A stretch of 64,000 nucleotides of DNA from Paramoeba atlantica. Its lineage: Eukaryota; Protista; Discosea. Below are positions 41,960 to 54,110 of the stretch, one piece after another. Position 1 is the stretch's first letter, and each line of letters starts with the position of its first letter. Where the stretch lies: positions 558,001 through 622,000 of the forward strand of contig CDRNVI010000003.1 in assembly GCA_977017575.1 (NCBI GenBank). Reading direction: 5' to 3'. Both the position numbers and the translations under genes were made by a program. Below the pieces are notes generated by a model, which saw only the letters and a program-made list of their open reading frames with translations, was not told the origin of the DNA and searched no databases.

Positions 41960-43348
41960 CTGTAACGAGGCCCATGGGCTCCGTACCCTTCGGGGTACCA
42001 CCGCCCCAGCATTCGTGCTGGGAGGCCCATGGGCTCCGTGTCCTTCGGGGCACACTTGCCGTTGCATTTATTCATCCTCTGTAACGAGGCCCATGGGCTC
42101 CGTACCCTTCGGCGTACAACCGCCCCAGCATTCGTGCTGAGAGGCCCATGGGCTCCGTACCCTTCGGGGTACCACCGCCCCAGCATTCGTGCTGGGAGGC
42201 CCATGGGCTCCGTACCCTTCGGGGCACACTTGCCGTTGCGTTTATATATTCATCCTCTGTAACGAGGCCCATGGGTTCCGTACCCTTCGGGGTACCACCG
42301 CTCCAGCATACGTGCCCCAGCATTCGTTGCGTTTATTCATCCTCTGTAACGAGGCTCATGGGCTCCGTACCCTTCGGGGTACCACCGCCCCAGCATTCGT
42401 GCTGAGAGGCCCATGGGCTCCGTACCCTTCGGGGTACCACCGCCCCAGCATTCGTGCTGGGAGGCCCATGGGCTCCGTACCCTTCGGGGCACACTTGCCG
42501 TTGCGTTTATATATTCATCCTCTGTAACGAGGCCCATGAGCTCCGTACCCTTCGGGGTACCACCGCCCCAGCATTCGTGCTGAGAGGCCCATGGGCTCCG
42601 TACCCTTCGGGGTACCACCGCCCCAGCATTCGTGCTGGGAGGCCCATGGGCTCCGTGTCCTTCGGGGCACGCTTGCCGTTGCGTTTATATATTCATCCTC
42701 TGTAACGAGGCCCATGGGCTCCGTACCCTTCGGGGTACCACCGCCCCAGCATTCGTGCTGGGGGGCCCATGTGCTCCGTGTCCTTCAGGGCACACTTGCC
42801 GTTGCGTTTATATATTCATCCTCTGTAACGAGGCCCATGGGCTCCGTACCCTTCGGGGTACCACCGCCCCAGCATTCGTGCTGGGGGGCCCATGTGCTCC
42901 GTGTCCTTCGGGGCACACTTGCCGTTGCATTTATTCATCCTCTGTAACGAGGCCCATGGGCTCCGTACCCTTCGGGGTACCACCGCCCCAGCATTCGTGC
43001 CCCAGCATTCGTTGCGTTTATTCATTCTCTGTAACGAGGCCCATGGGCTCCGTACCCTTCGGGGCACACTTGCCGTTGCGTTTATATATTCATCCTCTGT
43101 AACGAGGCCCATGGGTTCCGTACCCTTCGGGGTACCACCGCCCCAGCATACGTGCCCCAGCATTCGTTGCGTTTATTCATCCTCTGTAACGAGGCCCATG
43201 GGCTCCGTACCCTTCGGGGTACCACCGCCCCAGCATTCGTGCTGAGAGGCCCATGGGCTCCGTACCCTTCGGGGTACCACCGCCCCAGCATTCGTGCTGG
43301 GAGGCCCATGGGCTCCGCGTCCTTCGGGGCACACTTGCCGTTGCATTT
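41960..43348 (+). repeat. Mosaic tandem array: 22 copies of a ~29-bp hairpin core with three alternative spacer types
   Basis: Core GAGGCCCATGGGCTCCGT(AC/GT)CCTTCGGGG at 41967, 42022, 42086, 42141, 42196, 42264, 42351, 42406, 42461, 42529, 42584, 42639, 42707, 42762, 42830, 42885, 42949, 43036, 43104, 43191, 43246 and 43301; periods 55, 64/68 and 87 bp. Confidence 0.95.
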
Positions 43349-44070
43349 GCGCTATACATCTTCCTCTCCAGCATGTTTTTTCAATGAAGTGAAAACAGAA
43401 TAAAAACAGAAGGGAGAGGGTGGGAAGTTGTGAGCTGGGAAGTTGTGTGTGCTATGACATGCCTGGCACCGGTCAAAGTAAAAGACTTTTGCAGAAGTCC
43501 TTTTTTGACCACCAACCTCTTAATATCCATTCGTTGATTCCGAACGGGAGTTAGTTATCACCAATAACGTTAGTTATCACCAATTTACAGATCCATGATC
43601 ACACTACCTAAATACCCCCTATTTCGCGTGCTCGTATACAATGTCCGACAGGACCAACGACCGAATATTTCACAAAAAAATTGACTTTGGTGAATCTTGG
43701 TTATATATTGCCGTTGTACTGCATGGTAAGTTGAAGACCTTGTGCACGAAGGCTAGATAACGGCTAAATATGGTCCTATGTACAACCTTAACCTCGGAAC
43801 AACCGTTTCAGTATAAAGGGTGACCCCTTAAAAACGCCAAAAAACGACGATTTCTGGTGTTTTTTGGGGTAAATTGTATTTTTGCGCCTTTTTCGGTCGT
43901 TTTTTATCGGGGTAACTCCTTATACCAAAATAGAGATTCTTGAAAATGTATGCTGCTGAATCACACTTTCTATACTTCACTGCCATTACATCCACTCACG
44001 AGTGACCTCAGGTGCGGGGCTTGCTTGTAACATAAAAAATGAAAATTGAAAAAAATGGTTAGGTGTTCCA

Positions 44071-44420
44071 CAAAAGTCCTTGACTTATGCAAAAGTCCTT
44101 GACTTATGCAATAGTCCTTGACTTGCAGGTCCTTATCCCAGGACAGCGGTACCTAGTTTAGGTGTCTGGAGGCAAGGCCCAACTGCGAGCGAAGCCCACG
44201 TCTGGAGGCAAAAGCCCCCGTTTGCGAGCAAGGCCCAACTGTGAGCGAAGCCCTGGGACAGAATTATATTTTTTAGCGACCCGCACGCTCCAGTCAGGAA
44301 CCACTGAAATTTAAGCCCTAATTGCACTTCTGTCTTGCACCCGGTGAGGCCTCGGAGCTGGGAGAGGCCCCATACCCCACAACTCCCTCATTTTCGGCAT
44401 AGCAACTCCCTCATTTTCGT
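44071..44420. repeat. Short tandem and interleaved direct repeats
   Basis: 19-bp CAAAAGTCCTTGACTTATG x3 (44071, 44090, 44109); GTCTGGAGGCAA x2; GCAAGGCCCAACTGYGAGCGAAGCCC x2; CAACTCCCTCATTTTCG x2. Confidence 0.85.
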
Positions 44421-44730
44421 GTAGAATTTCTCGTTCTGCACTTTCCGCTATTATTTTCTGTCTTAGAGAAACTAGATTTTTCAAAAAATTAAAAATAACG
44501 ATTTTTTGAAAAACGCTTTTTTATGAGGATAAAACTCTCCCTACCTAAAGGGGGTTTGACGCTAGCAGGGAAGCTTATAGTCCCCCTCTCATTAATCATT
44601 ACAAACCTGCAAAAATCGTTAAAGGGATTGTTTATAGAAATTTAATGAGATTATAATTCTGAGTCTCACTTTTATAATTATAAACCTCAAGTTCTTCATT
44701 TTTTATCTAGAAAGACACCTGTACCACATA

Positions 44731-45104
44731 CAGGGGGGTGCACGAAAACAAAGGGCAACGTAGGGGAAGTGTTGCGTTTAGGTGATCCATTACGGCGATA
44801 CTGTCCATCATAAAGGCAGGGGTGATCACAGGGTTGGAGCGACTAGTTGGGGTCCTTGAAACATCACCCGTTTCCTCGTGACGTTGAACCCAACGACAAA
44901 CTGTACAGCTAGTCACATTGTAGTGGCGTGCAGTGGCTCGGATCGATCCCACGCGATAATAGTGTTCAACGAGGAGCATACGATGGGTTAACTTGACCTG
45001 TCCAGCTCTGTAAGAGAGGGGGGGGGGCACGCGGCTACAACGGGAGCACGTGTTAATCCCAGAAATTAACACGACTTTTGTTGACATAACTTAATTTCCC
45101 CCCT
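44731..45104 (-). mobile_element. Tc1/IS630-like remnant (N-terminal HTH only)
   Basis: VEHYYRVGSIRATARHYNVTSCTVCRWVQRHEETG; ends TA|CAGGGGGG and CCCCCCTG|TA. The left end also matches a TIR-like end near 60826. Confidence 0.6.
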
Positions 45105-45624
45105 GTATCCATTGCGTAAAGAATGCATGGAGCAAGATTCCCACTGGGGTTATGGATCATAGTATGGTTCTTAGCTTCAATAAGCGGCTGAAAGCTTCTA
45201 TTGAGAAAAATGGCGAAAAGGCGAAAAAATGGTAGGCGACCCCCCCCTAGGTGTAGGTGTTCAGAATTTGTACCAAGTGTGTGACCCCAAGATATTAGGG
45301 CCTGAGACCTGCAAATTGCAACAAGAATTAGCTAAAACGGCTTTATATACCATAAGTTAGCGTATTTTGTAAAGGTGAATAAATTCTTGTCTAATAAAGT
45401 TTCATACTCAAATTTTACACTTGTACTACTCTGGGTAAGTTTTTATGTTGAAAGGAAAAAGGAACGATGTTCAACTATCGTGAGGCGCAGAAAAAAATGA
45501 CGATCGACTATGGTGAAAAAAGTGGTGCGCTGGAGTTGACAATGGGGTGGTGCACTGGAGTTGAATATCCGGGTGTTCCTCATTGTTCACTTTTTTTCAA
45601 TAATCGAGGGTAGAGCGGTAGTTA

Positions 45625-46538
45625 TAAACCCCGCCCAACGAATAAGTCACCCCCCACTTTTTTTACACGTGAGGGCCTATGGGGGCTCATGCACCACTTT
45701 ATCGTTCAGAATTTCGAGATCTGCACGTTCCCACTATTTCTAGCTCATTTCAAAATGTTAAAAAATTAATTAAAAAATGTAATTGTTTTTTTTCGAAAAA
45801 ATGCCTAAATCCGCATACCGACTGCCAAAAGGGGGGCTTACGCATAGCGGGAAGGTTCTTTTGACGATGAGAAACGGGCAGGGAGTCTCAAAAAAGCATA
45901 AATATGTGGGTAGCACCCGGTCAAACAGCGGCCCCACGTCAAAAAGTACGATGGGCGCCGAAATGTCAAGTTTGGGGGGCTATAGGTGTAGGTTGGAGAC
46001 ACCTAGTTGTTCTCGATAAGGACTCGTCCATCACGAGCATATCTTATGTAAAGACGTTGAAGAAAGTACAATTTCCACAGAATTGTACCTTTCAACAAGA
46101 TGAGGCTACAGCCTCTATGGAGTACATTACGGGTAGAATGAGTGATGTACTTAAAAATTGGCCCCCCAATTCACCTGACCTTTCCCCCATGGAAAACGTT
46201 TGGTCGATGGTCCAGGATGCGGTGGACGAAAAGACTCCATCGGATAAACCTTCACTTATCCGATGTATACGCAAAGCGTGGTCTCGTTTGCCAAAAAAGG
46301 TGATCGATAAAACTGTTTTGAGTTTTGATGCTCGCCTTAGGAAGTGTATAGAACTCAAAGGCGAAAAAGTGACAAAATGATAATTGTAATCTAGAAACGC
46401 TAGTTGTTCTTTGTTTCAGCCCACTCTTAGGTGCGCAAAGTTCCTATGGTGAGATCTGCAAAATGCAACAAAAATGAGCTCAAACGGCCACTCGGCCGAA
46501 AAAAAAGTAGGGGGTGACTTTTCGTTGGGCGGGGTTTA
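45625..46538 (+). mobile_element. Tc1-like element, internally deleted
   Basis: ~40-bp TIRs TAAACCCCGCCCAACGAA(T)AAGTCACCCCC with TA flanks; DDE remnant VWGAIG...FQQDEA...WPPNSPDLSPMENVW...FDARLRKCIELKG. Confidence 0.88.
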
Positions 46539-46783
46539 TAACCATTAGTATAAAGAAACATGCTTCGTTGTATAATTTATGAAAACATTTTCAAATTTGC
46601 ATACCTTTTTTCATCAAAGTGGTCGAAAGCGGCATTCCGAAAGTATTGAGAATGCTGATGGTTTCACCATCGTTGGGAAATGTAGGGGATTGTGGTGACG
46701 TCAACCGGTACCTCCGCAAATAATTTGTATACCGTTACCCCCCCTAGATATCCCGCATTCCGACTCCGAAATGGACGGTTTGA

Positions 46784-46835
46784 GGATAAGTAACGTACTA
46801 GGATAAGTAGCATACTAGGATAAGTAGCGTACTAG
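46784..46835. repeat. 17-bp tandem repeat x3
   Basis: GGATAAGTA(A/G)(C)(G/A)TACTA at 46784, 46801 and 46818. Confidence 0.85.
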
Positions 46836-47164
46836 AAGAAGTTCGAGTGACCTTTGTGCCAAAAGTTGTTTTTAGCATGATACAACCGCGTCGAAAGTAT
46901 TCGCCGATGTGTTCTTTTCGTTGGAGTTGCACGCTGTCCAAGTGAGGCATCAAAATCAAAGTTAAAAATTATGTGATGGCTGTGATAAAGGAGATATGCT
47001 ATGTAAATAATGTGTTGTATACGAAAAAAGATACGTAAGCATTTTGCTTTCAAACATACACTGTGCCACTTGAAGGAAGAAGCGCGCGGAAATTGGAATA
47101 CCTATAGAAGATTTACAAGACACTAAGCAAAACCACAGAAAAACTTAGATATGACTAGTAAAAA

Positions 47165-48097
47165 TAAACCCCCACAGCGAAAAGTCACCCCCCTCTAACT
47201 TTTCAGCCAAGTGTCCGTTTGAGCTCATTTTTGTTGCATTTTGCTGTTCCCAACACAAAGAATTTGCGCGTTACAGCATGGAACCAAAACTCTCAAATGC
47301 GTGCATCCGATAGATGGATTATCACTTTCTTCACATTTTTCAAGAGACCAATTTCTCACACTTTAACAAATTAAATCTTCTCCTCCCATGAGAAATTCAA
47401 TTATTTTTGTCCGTTTTTGCTGATTTTTGTTGCAAACGAGAGATCTCGTTCTCCTATCAAAGATCTTTGCTGTTATTTTTTAATATTGGCCCACTTGTGC
47501 CCCCTGGCCGCGGAATGTTTGTTTGCTCAAATTAGTGTGGTATGACGATGCAAAAAAAATAAAACCTAAAAACAATTTTCTTTTTCGGTTTCTAAAATGA
47601 TCTAAAAATGGTGGGAACGTGTAGATCTCAGAATTTTGTACGAGAAAATGATATCTTAACCCCCTTAAGGACCCTTCAAGCAAAACGTAAAGGGGACAGC
47701 TTAAAAAAGTTGATTTATCACCGTTTCAAGAAAGCACCAACCAAAGACAAATATTCCACCACGTGACAAATTGAATGTTTGTTATCTGTTTTTGATCATT
47801 TTTGTCGCAATTGAGAGATCTCGTTCCCCTAGCGAAGATCTGTGGCACTATTTTCATGTTGACCCCCTCCTCCCCCCCCCCTGCTCGAGGAGCATGAGAT
47901 TTTTCAGGTAATATTGGCATGATTATGTAAAAACGTCATTAAAAAAATGAGTTTAAATTTGTTATCTGTGAAGAGGTCTAAAAACAGCGGGAACGTGCAG
48001 ATCTCGAAATTTTGAACGAAAAAGTGGTGCCGCAACCCCCCTAAGCCTCGTTGTACAAAAAAAAGAGGGGGGTGACTTATTCGTTGTGGGGGGTTTA
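47165..48097 (-). mobile_element. Non-autonomous relative of the 45625-46538 Tc1 element, opposite orientation
   Basis: Ends TAAACCCCCACAGCGAAAAGTCACCCCC and GGGGGTGACTTATTCGTTGTGGGGGGTTTA; subterminal blocks match the reverse complements of the 45.6 and 46.45 kb ends. Confidence 0.75.
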
Positions 48098-48298
48098 TAA
48101 TATGAAAAACGTTGCTGTGGACGTAGCTCGGGAAGGCGGGGAGCGCTAAACCCCAACGTTGGGTTAAAGACTAGTTATATTGTAGTCAAAAAAACCAATT
48201 TTCCACATTTTGCATATCAATTGTGTTTGATGTATTCTACCGTTACGCGGGCTTATTTGTACCACTTTAGAATACTAAGCGCTGCTTTACTTACATAA

Positions 48299-48840
48299 AT
48301 GTCAAATTGTTCATGCTGCGACCTCAGTTGCGTCCTCACATGGCGCAACGACAGCCACATTCCTAAGGATTTCGCCACTTTTTTGAGGACCCACGGAATC
48401 GTGAAAGACGAAGTACGCCCTCTACACGAAAAGACCGGTACACCTCACAAGACAAATTCTCTTCTAAGCGTATGCTGGAGTCGAGTGGGAAAGGGAAGTT
48501 GCCGAAAGAGGCTTTCAAAATTATGGCCGTATTTTTCAGTAAAACAAAAGAACGCATCCTCTAAGTTCCTCTTTCTAATAAAATTTTGCCAGCGAATCGA
48601 AAACCAGGTCATTGCCTCCCAATGCAGTATCAACAAAAACACAGTGGTCAAGTGGAAAAAGGAGATTTTGCAGGTGGTGGCTAACTACATATGTGTGTAT
48701 GTAAAGGATCGAAACGAAAAAACTACTTTTCTGAAGTGTGCTGTTGATGAAACGTACATTTTCACACGAAAATATAATTATGGAAGAAGGAGGCGACAAA
48801 AGCCTTTCTGGATGGCAACAGTGACAGGAATCAGCAGAGA
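48299..48840 (+). pseudogene. Merlin/IS1595-like transposase remnant
   Basis: CRKRLS...IASQCSINKNTVVKWKK...CAVDETYIFTRKYNYGRRRRQKPFWM (DET and RKYNxGR signature), truncated. Confidence 0.78.
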
Positions 48841-49100
48841 TGGAAGCACTCCTGATGATGGATCAAGCACTCCTGATAGCCCTGAAGGAAGCGAAAGATT
48901 TGGATTTGACAGAAGTTGAAATGTCAAGCGATGAAGAACCAGATTCTGAGCTTATTGTTGGGCAACGCAGCGCCCACAGCATGGAGGTTGACGACAATGA
49001 ATTCTCAAGCGGGTATGAAAGTGAAATGATTACTCTAATTGAACGTTTGTTAGACACTTCTCTTTAAAAGCTTGTGATAGATAGGAAGGATGAAGGCATA

Positions 49101-49882
49101 CAGTCCAGGTACTGGTTTCCCCCCCAGGCTCCTGAGCACACCGTAAGAGCTTTTGACCTAATTCCTTCGGCATTCAACAGATCTCGAAAAAGTAGAGCGT
49201 TTCCCGTCGTTTTTTTGCCCATCACCCCCCCTGGGTCAAAAATATTTTGAAAACACACGAAAAAATAGCATAATTTTAACAAAAAAAATCCAATATTTCA
49301 AAAAATTAGGAGTTTTTTATCAAATATGGTTTCTTATTCTATGAATTTGAGGGATACCCCCGTTAAATCTACTAAAGGTCAGTACTCCAACTCGCCGAAA
49401 AACAAGACACCCCCTACTACCCATAAAACTTCGCGATGTGCACTCCCAGAGCGCATTGAAATTGTCCGCCAATATAGAAAAGAAATTCTGAAGCCAGAGA
49501 CTGAAACACAGCTCCGGAAGGCAATAAAGAAAGCCTTCATGATGCTTGAGCGTCATCCTTATCGACGCCAAGTTTTAAATTGCATAAATTCAGTACCTAA
49601 ACGCTTGCGAATTGTGCAGAGCGTTCAAGGAGACCATTGTGGGTATTAATATAGGAATTCATACACCTTTTTTGTCATTTTTTATCCCCCTTCAAAAATA
49701 TTTTTATTTTTGAAATTTGTCATCTTTGATCACGCCCACCCAGAACCCAGGGGGGGTGATGGGCAAACAAACGGCGGGAAACGCTCTACTTTTTCGAGAT
49801 CCGTTGAATGCCGAAGGAATTAGGTCAAAAGCTCTTACGGTGTGCTCAGGAGCCTGGGGGGGGGAAACCAATACCTGGACTG
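49101..49882 (+). mobile_element. Tc1-like deletion derivative with ~135-bp TIRs and TA duplication
   Basis: TA|CAGTCCAGGTA(C/T)TGGTTTCCCCCC... mirrored at the right end; mini-ORF 49326-49649 joins N-terminal LPERIEIVRQY to the Tc1 C-terminus (INSVPKRLRIVQSVQGDHCGY). Confidence 0.85.
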
Positions 49883-50178
49883 TAGATGGTGAAAGCGTAA
49901 AAGATACAAATAAGTTTATTGAACTGATGGTACAGGCGCCGACTGAATACCGTTCCTAACTACTCTTTATATTATACACATTACTTGGCGCTACCTTTGT
50001 TAATGTCGAAATAGAACTAAAATAAAACAGATTTTTTGACTACAATATAATTAGTCTGCATCCCAACATTGTCAAAAAAGAAAATAGGCAATGCCCCTGA
50101 CCTATAGCCTTGAACCCACCTCGAAAATAATGATACAAGAATTGTTAAAATGTATGCCGCGCACATACAAGATGATTT

Positions 50179-50952
50179 TCAGTAGTATACTTCAATAATC
50201 AAAATTAGCCTAGGAAATAACCTCATTTCCACATTTTTTGCACACATATTTGCACACATTTGAAAAATGACAAAAGCGTAGCCAAAACTTTGCCATACTA
50301 CGTCTTTGCCATACTCAGACAAGCCCCAAAAGTGAGCTGAGTTACCAGAGAAAAACGAAAACATCATTGTCTTCGTAACTCCAGTGAGAGCTTCCCGCAG
50401 AGTTTGCAGCATGTTGGCTCCGGCCTCATATAGTGAGGCATTCGGGCGCGGAGGTTGATACTGGTTCATAGAACCGCAGCCACGGCGCACCAAACGGTCC
50501 CACTTTTGCTTTCTTTTATAAACCATGTTCCAGGATACTATCCTGGACTCAAGGTGATACTCTTGAGCAACCTGTCGTTCTGTTTTTCCTGCATCCAGAG
50601 ACGCGCAGATGTTGCGTTTCGTAAGCTCTACTCGAGACTTGCGCTCACGCTCGCTTTCCACATGCTGCTCCGTGAGAAGCTGAGATGTCGGAAGGATGTT
50701 GGTAATGTTCTCTGGAGCAGTGACAACAACGACAGGGTCTCGAGGCATTAGAGCACCCCTAACCTGATTCGCGCTACAAATGAGTGATGGCAATGGTTGA
50801 CGCATTTGGTAGTAAATAAGTTTTAGTATGCAGTGTAGAAATAGTATAGAATAACGATAGAATGAAACCTTTTTGATAATTTTTGAGCAATTTGCAGTCC
50901 GAGGTAAAAATCTTTTTTCAATTATCATTATTAATGAAAGGGGGTGTAACAA
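50179..50952 (-). pseudogene. pogo/CENP-B-like transposase N-terminal remnant
   Basis: KRNICASLDAGKTERQVAQEYHL HTH-like block and LYEAGANMLQTLREA second HTH-like block; TIR-like end TA|TTGTTACACCCCC at ~50952; no DDE. Confidence 0.55.
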
Positions 50953-51109
50953 TAAACGAGTCCCCTTTTAATTCTTTTCTAATTCTTGTCCACGTTCAAC
51001 GGCCAATCAATTTTAAAATGTATGTCGTAATTTTCTGTATGTCTAATATCAAAGATGGAGTGTATCTCCAAAAAATGTACTACCTAACTACTGGCGTATG
51101 ACTAGCACA

Positions 51110-52933
51110 TCATGATGTGTTTTGCTTAATAATTTCATTTGTTGTTTCGTCCTTCTGTACAGGTGGAATATCTCGCGTAATCCATAGATCACGCGATTTA
51201 CGAAATGCGATTACGCGTAATGCGCATTTCGCTTCTCTAAAGCTACATTGGCCGGGATACGCTTTCAGAAACTCGTGAACCATAATCTCCGTAGTGAACC
51301 CGTGGCGTGCGTGCGCTTCAACGTAGCGAAGGAGTCCGTTGATCAGCTCTTTGCGTATGGGAATGTCCGGAGTAAAATTTGATATTTGTCCGGCATCATG
51401 ATAATCTTCTTGAAATACTTTATCACTTTTTCCGATACAGATTTCAATCTGTTTTTCAATAGTAGTTTTATCAACGCGTGGAATTTCAAGAAATTTTCTG
51501 TAAATAACGGGTGTGACATTCGTGATCAAATTTGGATACGTTTGTATATCATAAGTAGGCGGAAGAACTGGTGACTTTGTAAAATCGAAGAGAGGATTTT
51601 TAAATCCGTCAAGGGCTTGAAAGGGTAATAGACCCGTAACTTCACCAAGTTGATTCTCCAGATCGTCGTACAGGACTTGAGCTTGATAAAGCTCCTTACA
51701 GAATTGTGAACAGAAATCTAGTCTGTTCTTTCTCTCCTGTGTTTCCATTCCATGTTTTTTATTTTCGTCTTCTAAAAGGTCGAATATTTCGTCACGATCA
51801 AGAAAGTCTTCCAACTCCTCTGTATCAGTTGTGTCGTCCTCCGATCGACTTTTTGTTGTGCAAGATTCTGCATCGCTGGGTTCGCTTTCCCACTCATCTG
51901 CGGAATTTTCGAATGGTTCTCCAATATCACGAGAGTCCCTTAGCAAACTAATTTCGTGATCGGAAAACTTAAAGATTCCTTGTAGAGGCACCGTATATGA
52001 ACCCCAATAGGCAGGTCTGGGCTCAAGTTCCTCGAGACCTTCAGCGCACCAATGGGCTAGCACGCTCTCCATACCTTCTGAAGTTCCAATGAATGAATCT
52101 GCTTGCTGCCACTTTGTGAGAGCTCCCGCAGTTGCATTGGCGCAAAAGCTATTTAATGGAAAAGCATTCCACGCCGACGGGACAGTATTTTTAACCTCTG
52201 TGGATAGGAAATCAGTTGTTTTTTGGCGCCGGATAGAGCGCCACAGCGTGGCGAAAAGCCGAGTGTCGTCATTGTCTTCTATATCATGAAAGACATAACA
52301 TTTCGCACTTCTGATCTCTGCTGTTGCTTGAGAACGTTGCTTCATCACAAAGCCAAAGGCTGATAAAGAACGATACGAAACTGAGTTCGTAACATCAGGA
52401 TCCTTGAGTTTTATAGCATCGGAACATTGAATATTATTCATGCACGTCAATGGTTTATTGTTACTACTGATGTCGCTCAAATGCGTTCCCGCTTCAAAAT
52501 CTAGAATTCTCTTTCTGCGGCCCGGTAAGCGGTGTATTGGTTTTTTGTGTGGTAACCCATCGACCGGGCAGAAAGGCAAATGGCGTAGGCGACAATTTCG
52601 ACAGTCTAGATTCACAGCGTCAATCTGAGTTTGAGAAGGGGACAGTGCGCACTCCTTTGATAAAAGCAAAGAATCTCCAGCATCTTTGAAAGTATGAGAA
52701 TCTCCTGCATCAGATGCGGTCGCAATGATTTTTTGGTGCACCGTTGATACACTACCCACATCTTTGAAATGAGAATAATAATTTTCGCGTATATTTCTCA
52801 TTGCTAAAAATATATTGCTTTGGATCTCTGTCAACTGTTCGGAAGTAATCTCAAACGGAGATATTGCAGGCAAGACGACGCAGGCCACGGCTCGAAGCTG
52901 AAGGTCACTCAAACGCTCAAAAGAAGAATACAT
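51110..52933 (-). CDS. Hypothetical protein (607 aa) with a CxxC...FCPVDGLPH motif
   Basis: Long intact ORF on the gene strand; CRNCRLRHLPFCPVDGLPH Cys/His cluster; acidic central region. Confidence 0.8.
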   Translation of the reverse strand: MYSSFERLSDLQLRAVACVVLPAISPFEITSEQLTEIQSNIFLAMRNIRENYYSHFKDVGSVSTVHQKIIATASDAGDSHTFKDAGDSLLLSKECALSPSQTQIDAVNLDCRNCRLRHLPFCPVDGLPHKKPIHRLPGRRKRILDFEAGTHLSDISSNNKPLTCMNNIQCSDAIKLKDPDVTNSVSYRSLSAFGFVMKQRSQATAEIRSAKCYVFHDIEDNDDTRLFATLWRSIRRQKTTDFLSTEVKNTVPSAWNAFPLNSFCANATAGALTKWQQADSFIGTSEGMESVLAHWCAEGLEELEPRPAYWGSYTVPLQGIFKFSDHEISLLRDSRDIGEPFENSADEWESEPSDAESCTTKSRSEDDTTDTEELEDFLDRDEIFDLLEDENKKHGMETQERKNRLDFCSQFCKELYQAQVLYDDLENQLGEVTGLLPFQALDGFKNPLFDFTKSPVLPPTYDIQTYPNLITNVTPVIYRKFLEIPRVDKTTIEKQIEICIGKSDKVFQEDYHDAGQISNFTPDIPIRKELINGLLRYVEAHARHGFTTEIMVHEFLKAYPGQCSFREAKCALRVIAFRKSRDLWITRDIPPVQKDETTNEIIKQNTS

Positions 52934-53738
52934 GAAATGTAAGCTTAAGTAATAGGTTGTCGAAGAAAAGTAACTTATTAGTGGCAGTACCAGTCTCTCT
53001 CATAGCCGTTACTGTGACCCCCCTTTTAATATACACCCCTTTCCCTCTCCCCCTAATCTGCACAAATTACAACTTGAACTTTCAGAGCGTTTTTCGACAG
53101 CAGATGTTTTACTTATTTTCAGGATTCGCGGAGACTATAATACAACTATAATATTATATTGCGGTGGTTGTATAACTACCGTTCTATCCTCGATTAATGA
53201 AAAAAAAGAGAACAAAAACAGTGAAAATATAAAGAGGAACACAGTAATATAATAGAAGAAAAAAATATAAAAGGGGGCCCCGGTCCTCCAAAACAGAAAC
53301 ATTTTTTTCTAGGGAGGCTAGAAAACGGTTTTCCCCGTTCGTTAGTTCCGTAGTGTTTGTGTATGAGGCTATTATGAAGGACATACAGTATAGTGCGAAA
53401 TATTTTTAGATTGAAATACTACATTCATATGAAGAGTCATTATACGGATATTATCTAGGTTAGGTTAGGGAATTTATATACTGTTATATACGTAGTAGAA
53501 TACCGAAAGTCTTATTGATATTCTTACTAAATTACATGCAATGATACCATGCACCAATTATAAAATACGCCGGTGTCCTCCGTTTGCTGAATCCTCTTGC
53601 TACTCATAAAGGTCAATATTTCCTTCAATCGGACACACGATCGAATAGAAAACAAATCCCCCCCCTCTAATTTTAATGAGGTCACATTCAGGGTCGCTAT
53701 GGACAACTTCTCCTTCACAGCCGAACCATTTTGGTTCT

Positions 53739-53971
53739 CCCGCCGCCGTTCCCGCCGCCATTCCCGCCGCCGTTCCCGCCGCCATTCCCGCCGCCATTCC
53801 CGCCGCCGTTCCCGCCGCTCTTCCCGTTTTCCCCATCGCTCTCTCCCTCCGCTGCGCTATTTACTGCGCTCCCCGCCCCGCTCCCTCTCACCGGCCCCTT
53901 CCTTGTCTCACTGTCCCATGTTGTGGAGCTACCCGGCGTCAGTAAAACAAGACGTCAAAAAACTAGGGTAG
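53739..53971 (+). repeat. C-rich 12-mer tandem tract followed by a stem-bulge-stem module
   Basis: CCCGCCGCC(G/A)TT repeats at 53739-53820; module CTACCC-GGCGTC...GACGTC-AAAAAACTA-GGGTAG at 53929-53971. Same arrangement at 56370->56000 (minus) and 57040-57380 (plus). Confidence 0.8.
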
Positions 53972-54110
53972 TATCCACGCAACAATTCAAATTTAGGCAG
54001 GGTCGTGGATTAACTTGTTAAACCACGCTGGGGAGTAGCGAACCCCTCCTACCCTGGAGCTGTTAATTATTGGCTTCCTTCATTGGAGGATAATATCGGA
54101 AAACTAATTC

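Noticed and set aside
41960-43348. CRISPR array (29-bp hairpin repeat with 26-58-bp spacers)
   Set aside because: Spacers are only three recurring types rather than unique, there are no cas genes and the context is eukaryotic.
41911-43403. Many short ORFs in the repeat array
   Set aside because: Frames break with each unit-length change; they are by-products of the repeat.
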